The notes beneath the pieces were generated by a model that was not told the origin of the DNA, did no database searches, and saw nothing but the letters and a program-made list of their open reading frames with translations. From Okamejei kenojei (Eukaryota): a stretch of 64,000 nucleotides of DNA. Both the position numbers and the translations under genes were made by a program. The stretch is from contig CM069160.1 of assembly GCA_035221665.1 (NCBI GenBank), positions 34,224,001-34,288,000 on the forward strand, given 5' to 3'. This document shows, piece after piece, positions 13,053 to 24,400 of the stretch; position 1 is the first letter of the stretch; each line of letters starts with the position of its first letter.

Positions 13053-15140
13053 TACAGTGTAGTCTCGCTAATCTTGTTGTGTAGAGCTTCACCTGTGAAG
13101 GGTTATAAGTAGTACAGCATACATGCAAAAAATATCTTTATTATTGGAGAGAAACCCTTGCAGCCCGACTCACCTGAGCCCAATAGGGCTGAACGAGTCC
13201 TCTCTGCACCAATTTTACTCCCTGCCTGGGGCCCAACGTGTCTGTGAGCCACTGACCGCACTGTCAGCGACTCTGGCATTACTTACTTGCCACTCCTCGG
13301 CATCCCCGCAGGCTGGAAGCCACTGACTGCCCTGTCAGCGGCTGCTTATCTCAAAACCCGATCTTTTACCGGCTATCCGCTTCCGCGGTGGGACCGGGGT
13401 TTTCCCCACGGCCCATAGCCGGCTCACTCGTCGGGCTCTGCAATAAATCTGGCAGGAAAACCTCTGTGAAGAGAGGCTCCTGCTTGAACAAAAACCCTGG
13501 AAAGTAAAAGAAACTTACCTTCTAGGTTTAAACTTACCGCCGGCCTGAGCGATGTCCTGCCAGTCCGGTGCTTGCGCCAATGAGGCTGACGTACTGACGC
13601 GCATGCTCACTGGCGAGGTTCTTCACGGAATCACTCACGTGACTCTGAAGTAAAATGTACATGGCATGATTAGCAAGTCTGTAGGTGACACAAAAGTGGG
13701 TGGTATTGCGGATAGTGAAGATGTTTGTCAAAAATTACAGCAGGATCTTGATCAGTTGGGCAGATCGGCAGATCGGTTGATGGTATTTAATACAGGATTA
13801 AATACAAATGTAATGTAGGAGTGCAGTAACATAGTTCCTTGAAAGTGGCTTCACAGGTAGATAGTGTGCTCATAAAGTGTTTCAGCACATTGGCCTTCAT
13901 CAGTCACAGTATTGAGTATAGAAGTTGGGAGGTCACGTTGCGGATATATAAGACGTTGGTGATGCCACATTTGGAGTGTTGTGTTCAGTTCTGGGCACCT
14001 TGTTATAGGAAATACGTTGTCAAGCTGTAAAGGGTACAGATAAGATTTACGAGGATGTTGCCAGGACTCGAGGGCCTGAGCTTTAGGGAGAGGGTGAGCA
14101 CGCTAGGACTTTATTCCCCGTAGCGCAGGAGGATGAGGGGTGATCTTATAGAGGTGTACAGTATTGTGAGAGGAATAGATCAGGTAAACGCACAGAGTCG
14201 CGTCCCCAGAGTAGGGGAATCACCAACCATAGCTTTAAAGTAAGGGGGGGGGGGGGGGGGGGGGGAGTACAGTAAACAGGAACCAGAGGGAACTCTTTTA
14301 CCCAAAGGGTGATGCGTAGATGAAACGAGCTGTCGGAAGAGGTAGTTGAGGCAGAAGATAGAACGGGCGGATAGTCACAACCTTCTTTCCAGGGTGAAAA
14401 TGATCAAATACTAGAGGACAGAGCTTTAAGGTGAGAGGGGCAAAGTTGAAAGGATTTGTGCGGGGCAAGTTGTTTTTCAGAGGGAGGGGAGTACCTGGGA
14501 TGTGCTGCCAGGGGTGGTGGTGGAGGCAGATATGATAGTGGCATTTTAAACAGACACCTGGATATACAGGGAATGGAGGGATATGGATTATGTGCAGGCA
14601 GATAAGAGCTGGTCTTTGCACCATGTTCTGCACAGACATTGTGGGCTGAATGGCCTGTTCTGTGCTGTACAGTTCTACGTTACATTGAACCATTCATGAT
14701 CTGCGCTTTAGCCGACATAACACACACCAGATAGTATTATTGAATTATACATCAGACTGTACTTACCATAATATCGTTCCACATCCTCGTATCCTGCACA
14801 AAACAGAAACATTTCACATTTTCACTGCAACTAAAATTGGAAATAAAATAATGACAGTGGGAGCACGGAACAGAGAGAGGGGGGCACAGTGACGCAGCTC
14901 TTCACAGCTCCAGGGACCTGGGTTCAATCCTGAATTTGAACAGCTAGATACCAAATTGTACAGCAGAACCAAGAAGGTAATAATCTCTGGATTGCTACTT
15001 GAGCCGAGAGCAAATTGGTATAGAGTTGAGAGGATTAGAGAGTTGAATGCGTGGATCAAAGTCTGATGTGGAAGTAGTAGATTTGAATCTGTGTGACATT
15101 GGCCCCAGTATTGGGGAAGGAGGGAACTGTTCCGACGGGA

Positions 15141-15364
15141 CAGACTCCACTTGAACCCGGCTGGGACCAGACTCCACTTGAACCCGGCTGGGACCAGATT
15201 CCACTTGAACCCGGCTTGGACCAGACTCCACTTGAACCCGGCTGCGACCAGACTCCACTTGAACCCGGCTGGGACCAGACTCCACTTGAACCCGGCTGGG
15301 ACCAGACTCCACTTGAACCCGGCTGGGACCAGACTCCACTTGAACCCGGCTGGGACCAGACTCC
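15141..15364 (+). repeat. The same 27-bp minisatellite x8 in duplicate copy A
   Basis: Eight EPGxD units in ORF 15093..15431. Confidence 0.9.
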
Positions 15365-16512
15365 TGGCAAACTGTATACATCACTACATGATTTCTGTTA
15401 TACAAGAGCAATAATACCCATTGTAGAATAAATGCCCTCGAGCTGGATTTTGATCACAAGTGACTGCATTAATCACATGCAATATGAACTTGCAACATTT
15501 TATAAAATAATCTGTTCTGACAATATTGGTACTCAAAGAGATTGGCGAGTGGCCAAACTAATGAACAGTGTACAGTTTCATTATGTACAGGCATAATAGT
15601 ATTCAGCTGCCCCACAAAGATTTCCTAATGTGTACAGTTTTACTGAATAAGCAAAACATATATTTAAACCAACGGTATCTGACAGATATTTTTATGTCCT
15701 TTCAGTTTCTATTAAACAGGAAAAGCTCTCATTCACCTCACATCCAAGATAATGAAGTCAACAGTGAAAATAAAATAATCCACTCCTAAAGCAATTACCT
15801 AGAATGTTTCATAAAGAGGAGACATTTACGAATTCAACATTTTTTTTTCATTGTAAATCGTGTAGCTACAATCACACTAGGGCAGTTGTACAGGGCCCCA
15901 GTGAGACCACACCTGGAGTATTGTGTGCAGTTTTGGTCTCCAAATGTGAGGAAGTACATTCTTGTTATTGAGGGAGAGCAGTGTAGGTTCACCAGGATAA
16001 TTCCCGGGATGGCGGGACTGTCATATGTTGATAGAATGGAGCGGCTGGGCTTTAGAAGGATAAGAGGGAATCTTATTGAAACATTAGATTATTAAGGGAT
16101 TGGACACGCTAGAGGCAGGAAACATGTTCACTTGTTGGGGGAGTCCCGATCAGGGGCCACGGTTTAAGAAAAAGGATTAGGCTATTTAGAACAGAGACGA
16201 GGAAAAATCTTTTCACCCAGAGAGTTGTGAATCTGTGGAATTTTACTTCGGAGTCACGTGAGTGACTACGTGAAGAAGGCCCGCCTGGCGCTAGAACGGC
16301 ATTACGTCGTCGCTGACGGCAGAAGCAAGAGTTGCAGAGCGCAGCTCCTCGCAGCGGCCGGAACGGACCCGCAGGTAAGTAGCAAAGAAAGTGGGGACGT
16401 TCTAAAAAAGACGTTACGCTGGTAAAACCAGCAAAAGAGAAAGTAAAAGTAAAAATCAGAGTCATGCTGGCGTAATGATTCAGCCAGATAATAAAAAAAA
16501 AAGAAAAAGAAA

Positions 16513-17646
16513 ATGGAGAAGTCTCAAAGGAAAATTTTGCGGGTAAAAAGATCGACCCGGGGTGAAGCTAAAGAGTCGGGACAAGAGTTTAGTGCAGATC
16601 CAGTTCCGATACCGGTGGCCGCTGATTCACCCGTTAGTGAGACTATAATTTCTCCAGAAATGCAAACCACGGAGGAAAATGTTCCAAGAAAAAGTAAAAA
16701 GAAATCCGTGAGGCCCGTGGTTTCTGATAATGACTCTGATAATGAAAGTCCTCCGGATAATAAAGCTATATGGCTTAAAATGGAACATATGGAGAAAGTA
16801 CTCCAAAATATAATGCGACAAGGGTCACAGTACCCAGAAGTTTCCCAAAATGACCCTGAGGGGTTTGAATATAATGAATATGGCTATGTGCCAAATTGGG
16901 AATTTGAAACTCCAGACCCAGGATTAAGGGCGGAGGAAGTCTCATTGGATATAATTCCAAGTGTATCAGGGCTGCAGAAGACAGACCCTGCAAGTGGTGA
17001 TGTGGATTATGAGTGCACACCACGAATAAAAAAGAAAAGGCCAGATGTGCCTGATATGGCAAAAGATTTTGCTATACCTGAAGGAAGTGGTGAGGCTATG
17101 GAAGAAAGTCTAGCTGCCAGTATTAATTATATGGTATCTCACCAACTTCAAGATTCTTTGATGACTGAAACAGCAGAATTATATAAAACACCGGAAAATT
17201 GCACCTCATTGAAGGTACTTACGGTTAATCCGTCCATATGGACACCTTTGACTCCGGGCATGAGAGGACAAGAAATAAGATTTCAAAGAATCCTCAAATT
17301 GATTTCAGCTGCCATTACTGCTTTTGGAAGGCAAATGGAGGGGTCGGAAATGGTTAAAATCCAAAAAGATACTTTGGGCTTATTGTGCAATTCCTTCTAT
17401 GAAATTAATTGTATGAGAAAAATTGCGATTCGGCCCATATTCCATCCAAGGTTTGCAGGTCTGTGTCGATCAAGTGGTGTTCAAGCTCCTGGTTATCTAT
17501 TTGGAGAGAACCTGCCTAAACAAATAAGAGAAATGGATGAAGAGGCTAAATCTATTAGCCACATGAGACCTTTCGTGTTTGGACAAAAAAAAGGTATTTT
17601 TCGTCAAGAAGGGGTTTTGATTTTGGAAGCAGAGGCAGGAATATGA
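16513..17646 (+). CDS. DIRS ORF1 (gag-like)
   Basis: A 377-aa ORF upstream of RT with an acidic N-half and a C-terminal YLFGENL motif. Confidence 0.75.
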   Translation: MEKSQRKILRVKRSTRGEAKESGQEFSADPVPIPVAADSPVSETIISPEMQTTEENVPRKSKKKSVRPVVSDNDSDNESPPDNKAIWLKMEHMEKVLQNIMRQGSQYPEVSQNDPEGFEYNEYGYVPNWEFETPDPGLRAEEVSLDIIPSVSGLQKTDPASGDVDYECTPRIKKKRPDVPDMAKDFAIPEGSGEAMEESLAASINYMVSHQLQDSLMTETAELYKTPENCTSLKVLTVNPSIWTPLTPGMRGQEIRFQRILKLISAAITAFGRQMEGSEMVKIQKDTLGLLCNSFYEINCMRKIAIRPIFHPRFAGLCRSSGVQAPGYLFGENLPKQIREMDEEAKSISHMRPFVFGQKKGIFRQEGVLILEAEAGI

Positions 17647-17914
17647 TAAGAAAATATTACCATCCGACTCAGCCTAATGTTCACCCGTATACGGGGAGAA
17701 GGAGACCACCACGTTCATATGGAGAGGTACAAAAAAATTATTCAATTCTTAAAGAAACTGTGGACAAATCTCCAGTTGGAGGGAGATTACAAATGTTTTA
17801 TAATGAATGACTGGCCATCACATCTGATCGATTTATTTTACAGTTTCAGGAGCTACTATTACATTTAAAGAAGGTGTTAATTCTCCGGTACAAAATAAAC
17901 CTGCTTATGGTTTC

Positions 17915-19647
17915 ATGTTTTCTGCAATTGAAGAGGCAGAAATTAATGTGGAAATTGACAAATTGTGTAAAAAAGGTGTTATTGAAAAAACTGTTGAACA
18001 TAAACATCAATTTGTGTCAAACATATTTCCAAGAAGTAAAAAAGATGGTGGTTGCAGAATTATTCTGGACCTTACAAACTTTAATAAATTTGTAGAGTAT
18101 AAACATTTAAAGATGGAAACATTCAACACTACAAGACATTTGATATCAGCAGGTTGTTATATGGCTACAAGTGACTTAAAGGATGCGTACTATTCAGTAC
18201 CAATACATCAGTTCTTTCGAAGGTATTTAAAATTTAATTGGCTGGGACAGCTGTGGCAATTCAAAGCTTTACCAAATGGGTTAAGTTCAGCTCCCAGGCT
18301 CTTTACAAAGCTGTTGAAACCAGCTTTAGCACAATTAAGAGCACAAAAACACATTATTATGGCTTATTTGTATGATATTTTAATCATCAATAGTAATCTG
18401 GAATCAGCTGAAAAATCAGTTTCAGCAACTAAAACTTTATTTGAGAAATTAGGTTTCTTGATTCATCCAATTAAGTCCCAGCTGCAGCCAGCACAGTCAA
18501 TTAACTATTTGGGGTTTGTGATTAACTCAGTTACTATGTTAGTAACTTTACCAACAGATAAGATTGATGATATTCTAATGACCTGTAGGGGTCTCATTCA
18601 CAAACCTTATCCCTCCATCCGAGAAGTAGCAAAGGTTATTGGTAAATTAGTAGCAGCATTTCCTGCAGTAGAATTTGGTCCATTACATTACCAAAACCTT
18701 CAAAGGGACAAAATAAGAGCTCTAAAAAAGAGAGCAAGCCATTTTGATAGGCCTATGCAATTAACAAAAGAAGCTTTATTGGAATTACAATGGTGGATTG
18801 AAAATGTCCCACAAGCTGCTAAAAACATTTTGATACAACAGCCTGAAGTAATTTTACAAACAGATGCTAGTGCTCTCGGATGAGGGGCAACAGATTCATT
18901 TACCAGCTGTGGGGGCAGATGGACTGTCCAAGAGGAAATGTTTCTCCAAACATATGGTATTAACTATTTAGAATTATTGGGAGCGTTTTATGGGTTAAAA
19001 GCCTATTGTTCTACAAAAAAGAATCTGCATGTACTGATACAATTAGACAATAAAACAGCTGTTGCATATGTTAATCACATGGGTGGAGTAAGATCGGTAT
19101 CATGTGATTGTCTGGTCAATCAGATATGGCAGTGGTGTATTAAGCACCAAATTTGGATTTCGGCAAATTACATTCCAGGTAAAGATAATGTGGTGGCAGG
19201 TAATAGATCAAGGGTGTTTAAAGACAACACAGAATGGATGTTGAACCCAGTAATTTTCAGTAAAATTGTGATTCAATATGGGTTACCAGACATTGATCTG
19301 TTTGCATCAAGATTAAATCATCAATTGCCTAAATATGTGTCTTGGGAACCAGATCCAGATGCAGTAGCAGTAGATGCTTTTCACTACATTGGGGGAATCT
19401 GTTCTTTTATGCCTTTCTGCCATTTGCTCTGGTTCAGCAATGTCTGAAGAAAATAGAGCAAGATTCTGCCACAGGATTATTGGTGATTCCAAATTGGCCG
19501 ACACAACCATGGTTCCCATTGATGTTAAACATGATTAAAGAACCATATATGTCAATTCCTAGCAGCAGTGATTTATTGATAAAACCAGTAACCAAAGAAA
19601 TTCATCCATTACATGCTTATATGAATTTGTTAATCTGCAGGTTTTGA
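17915..19647 (+). pseudogene. DIRS RT-RNase H-methyltransferase-like ORF (disrupted)
   Basis: DLKDAYYSVPI, LPNGLSSAPRLFTK, AYLYD (YLDD mutated), TDASALG* (stop at 18881-18883), INYLEL, DNKTAVAY, IDLFAS and YAFLPF. Frameshift near 19385. Confidence 0.9.
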
Positions 19648-19649
19648 CC

Positions 19650-20614
19650 AGACCACTACGAGAGCTTGGATTGTCGTATAGAATTATGGATATTATAGTC
19701 GCATCATGGCGAGATAGTACTCAGAGACAATATATGACACATATAAAGAAATGGGAAAATTTTGTAGACAATCAAATATATCCTATCATACTGTGAACAT
19801 TGCAAACATATTGGAGTTCCTTGCCGAGTTGCATTTTGAACAGCACTTAAGTTATAGTGCCATTAATAGTGCACGTAGTGCCTTATCATCTTATTTAGGA
19901 CAAATATCTGACCAGAAATCAATTGGATAACATCCATTAATATCCAGATTTATGAAAGGAATCTTTAACAAAAATCCACCCAAACCAAGATATACAGAAA
20001 TTTGGGATGTCAGCATTGTACTTACTTTACTTAGGCAATGGACTCCAATCGAAGTTTTGTCATTGGAAAAGTTAACATTTAAATTAGTCATGTTAATGGC
20101 ATTGGTTTCAGCTCAAAGGGTGCAAACATTACAAATGCTACGTTTAGACTGTATGCATGTGGCTGCAGATAACATTGTGTTCTATGTTTACGATCTGATC
20201 AAACAAAGCAGACCAGGGAGAACTGGAGCAAAGGTAATGTTTCAAGCTTACCCTATTGATCCAACGTTGTGTGTAGTTAAACATTTGAATCAATATGTAA
20301 AAGTTACCAAAACTCTTCGAGGTGATGAAAAAACATTAATGATTACGCATAAGAAACCACACACAAAAGCTTCAGTGCAAACAATTTCAAGGTGGTTAAA
20401 ACAGGTGTTATTTTTAGCAGGAGTAGACACTGATGTGTTCAAATCTCATTCCACCAGGGCAGCAGCTACGTCTGCGGCGAAGTTACAGGACGTACCACTT
20501 GAACACATTTTAGAAACCGCAGGGTGGTGTAAAGAAGAAACTTTTTCAAAGTTCTACAATAAACCTGTTCACACAATGACAGGCTTTGGACACGCGGTGT
20601 TGGGTTCACTATAA
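19650..20614 (+). pseudogene. DIRS tyrosine recombinase (catalytic part 19952-20614 open, N-terminus frameshifted)
   Basis: SAQRVQ (R), HSTR (HxxR), AGW and FSKFY (catalytic Y) in the expected order. Confidence 0.9.
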
Positions 20615-21409
20615 TCACCTGCTTTGTTTCACTATCGATTGATATTATCGATTATGTTATCACTTATGTCTTTTATCACTTTGTAATGGTTTCCCCAGAT
20701 GTAAAAAGGGGGTTATTATATGTTCTTTTATCATTAAAAGATTTATGGAAAGAACTAAAACTAGCCTGGTAAAAGGTTTTTTACTCATGTATGTGTTGAC
20801 CTAGCCGGACTGTCATATGGAAGAATTCTACGACATGGAAAACACAGAAGCTTCAAAATCTTCACGTAGTCACTCACGTGACTCCGAAGTAAAATAGTAA
20901 TATTAAACGAGAACTTACCAGTTCGAAGTTTGATCGTTATTTTATGAGGAGTAACGATGAGGGATTACGTGCCCTCCACTCCACACCCTCATAAAATAAA
21001 TGATCATCTGGTAGTTCTAAATCTATGGTGAGCCTTACTATCTTACTCCGGCTATTGTGTTCTGTGTTTTTCATGCCGCTGCTTTGAAGTATGCCGTTCT
21101 AGCGCCAGGCGGGCCTTCTTCACGTAATCCCTCATCGTTACTCCTCATAAAATAACGATCAAACTTCGAGCTGGTAAGTTCTCGTTTAATCTTACTATTC
21201 TATGCCGCAGGCAGTGGTGGCCAATTCTCCGGATGCTTTCAATAGAGAGTTAGATAGAGTTCTTAAAAATACTAGAGTCAGGGGATATGGGGAGAAGACA
21301 GGAACAGGGTACTGATTGTGGATGATCAGCCATGATCACATTGAATGGCGGTGCTGGCTCAAAGGACAGAATGGCCTACTCCTGCACCTATTGTCCATTG
21401 TCTATTGTC

Positions 21410-24400
21410 TATAACTACGGCTGTAGATAGAGCTTCAAACTAACTAGTGGGGAGTGGAGAGCAACAAATTGGAAGTGTAAGGGTGGAGTTAAAGGGAAAG
21501 AGAGGGCAGAAAAGCTACAGAAGTTTCCAGAAGTAACAGGACGGAAAGTTAAAGAAGGGATAAGAGAGTAAGGTCAGGTAAAATCGGGACTGGTGTGAGA
21601 GGAGGGGAGGTGAATACAGAATTAGAGGTGTTGAATTTGAATGTGTGCAGTATAAGAAATAAAGTGGATGAGCTTGTAGCACAGTTACAGGTTGGTAGGC
21701 ATGATGTTGTGGAAATTACAGAGATGTGGCTGCAAGAGGATTGGAGCTGGGAGCTGAATATTCAGGGTTATACGTCCTATTGGAAAGTCAGACAGGTGGG
21801 CAGCTCTGTTGGTAAGGAATGAAATTCAGTCCCTTGCGAGGAGTGGCATGGGATCAGAAGATGTCGAGTCATTGTGGATTGTGCTCAGAAATTATGTGGG
21901 TAAAAAGACTCTAATGGGAGTTCTCTACTGGCCCCCAAACAGTAACCAGGATATAGGGAACAGGTTACATCAGAATATACAATTGGCATGTAAGAAAGGT
22001 ATTACTACGGTGGTGATGGGAGATTTCAATATGCAAGATGGTTGGTACTGGACCCCAAGGGAATTTCTAGAATGCCTTCGAGATGGAATCTTAGAACAGC
22101 TTATGATGGAGCCCACCAGCAAAAAATGAAACTGGATTTAGTGTTGTGTAATGAACCGGTTTGACAAGGAAACTCGAGGTAAAGGAACCACAAGGATGTA
22201 GAGACCACAATATGATAAGATTCAACCTGCAATTTGAGAGGGAGAAGGTGAAATCGGATGTGTCGGTATTGCAGTTGAGCAAAGGGGACTATGGAGGCAC
22301 GAGGGAGGAGCTGGCCAAAGCTGACTGGAAAAGGACCCTAGCAGGGATGAAAGTGGAACAGCAATGGCAAGAATTTTTGGGAATAATTTGAAAGATGCAG
22401 GATCTTTTCATTCCAAAGAAGAAAAAAGATTCTGGGGGAAAATGAGATGACCATGGCTGACAAGGGAAGTCAAGGACTGTGTAAAACTACAAGAGAAGGC
22501 GTATAACATTGCAAAGATTAGTGGGAAGCTTGAGGATTGGGAAGCTTTTAAAGAACAAAAGAAGGTAACTGAAAAGACAATGAGGTGAGGAAAGATGAAA
22601 TATGAAGTTAAGCTAGCTGGTAATATGTAAAAGGATAGCAAGAGTTTCTTCAGTTATACAAACAGTAAGAAAGATATAAGAGCGTATGTTGGACAGCTGG
22701 AAAACGATGCAGGAGAAATGATAATGGAGAATAAAGAAATGGAAGAGTTGAATAACTTTTTTGCAACAGTCTTCACAGTGGAAGACACCAACAACGTGCC
22801 TGAAATACAAGAGAGTCAGGGGGTGGAAGTTAGTGGAGTGGCTGTTACTAGAGTGAAGGTGCTTGGGAAGCTGATGGGGCTGAAGGTGGATAAGTCACAT
22901 GGAACAGTTGGACTGTACCCCAGGGGTCTGCACAAGGTGGCTTTGGAGATTGTGGATTAGGCATGTAATGCATTAATACATAGATAGATACATAGCATCC
23001 GTGATATTTCAAGAATCACTAGAGTCAGGAGTGGTTCCGCTCCTGACTATTATTATTACACCGCTGCACAAGAAGGGAGCAAAGCAGAATATTGGGAACT
23101 ATAGGCTGGTTAGTCTGACTTCGATGGTTGGTCAGATTTTAGATTCCATTATAAAGGCTGAGCTTACGAAGAACTTGGTTCATGATAAAATAGGTCAAAG
23201 TCAGCACTGTTTTGTGAACGGGAGGTCTTGCCTGACCAAACTGCAGGAATACTTTACAGAAGTAAACAGCAGGACAGACAAAGGACAATTAGTGGATGTT
23301 GTTTATCTAGATTTTCAGAAAGCCTTTGATAAGGTGCCACACGTGAGGCTGCTCAGGAAGATGAGAGCCTATGGTATCAAAGGGCAGATACCAGCATGGA
23401 TAGCAGGTCCTCTGGATGACAGAAGGCAAAGAGTGCCAATAAAGGGGGTTATTCTGGTTGGCTGCCAATGACTAGCAGATTTCTGTGGTGGTCGTTGCTG
23501 GGGCTGCTACTCTTCACGTTGTATATTACTGATTTGGATGCGGGAATAGAAGGCTTTGTAGCCAAGTTTGTGGATGACATGGAAATAGGTGGAGCGACAG
23601 GTAGTGTAGAGAAAGCAGGGACTATACAGAACTACTTAGACAAGTTGGGAGAGTGGGCAGAGAAGTGGCAGGTGGAATATAGTGTAGCAAAGTGTGGAGT
23701 CATGCATTTTGGTGGCTGGAATAAAGATATAGACTATTTTCTAAATGGGGAGAGAATCCAGAAATCGGAGGTGCAAAGTGACTTGAGAGTGCTGGTGCAG
23801 TGTAGATGATATGTGTATACACCTTTAATTGATAGTAACGTTGTCCATGCTAACCACTCCCCCACCAGTCAGTATAATTGTAACCTACACGCCCCTAGCT
23901 CTCTCTCTGGTGATCGTGACAGACCACGTACAGCTAGGGCAATAATGTGTGATTAATAAAGTAATGAAGATCTAACGGTATCCGTGAATCTACTTTACAT
24001 GGCGTCAGAAGTTCTCCTTCCTGCGTCTCCAGTTTATCGAGTTTTATTTTCTTAGTCCCAGTACCCCCTCCCTGTGCGGTGATGGCTTCTACCTGTCGTA
24101 AACCTGACATCCTAGTCTTTGATGCAGACATCACTCATCGCTGGAGTGTGTTCCGACGTGACTTTGAGCATTATGTTACAATCGCTCACCCTGCTGTGGC
24201 CCCCACGGTCAAAGCCTCCCTTCTGCTGAACCTGGCTGGACCCGAGGCGCTTGAGCAATCGGAGTCATTCATCTACGGACCAGGCGAGAGTATTCAGGAC
24301 CCGGTATGTCTCATTGCTAAATTTACGGCGATGTGTGACCTTCCCATTAACCAAATCTTAGAGCATTTCAAACTGTTCTCCCGACACCAAAACCCTGGGG

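Larger units (their letters stand above)
7062..13656 (-). mobile_element. Non-autonomous DIRS1-like tyrosine-recombinase retroelement
   Basis: Termini closely match those of the element at 16240-21199. The internal complementary region (about 7285-7383) joins both ends across ATT. AAT lies at both junctions (7062-7064 and 13654-13656). No RT or YR coding sequence was seen. Confidence 0.85.
6915..14350 (+). mobile_element. Degraded CR1 RT fragment split by the DIRS-like element (6915-7061 plus 13657-14350)
   Basis: The rejoined flanks read NDLGENVHGMISK...DTKVGG, continuous CR1 RT sequence. Confidence 0.8.
16240..21199 (+). mobile_element. Full-length DIRS1-type retrotransposon (ORF1, RT-RNaseH-MT, tyrosine recombinase), mildly degraded
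   Basis: Inverted repeat 16267-16300 / about 21093-21126. The ICR at about 20860-20970 is complementary to both outer ends. ATT lies at both junctions, and the empty site is seen at about 1811-1825. Confidence 0.95.

Noticed and set aside
19952-20614. Phage integrase or bacterial contamination
   Set aside because: It lies within a DIRS element with RT, ITRs and ICR, inserted in a vertebrate CR1.
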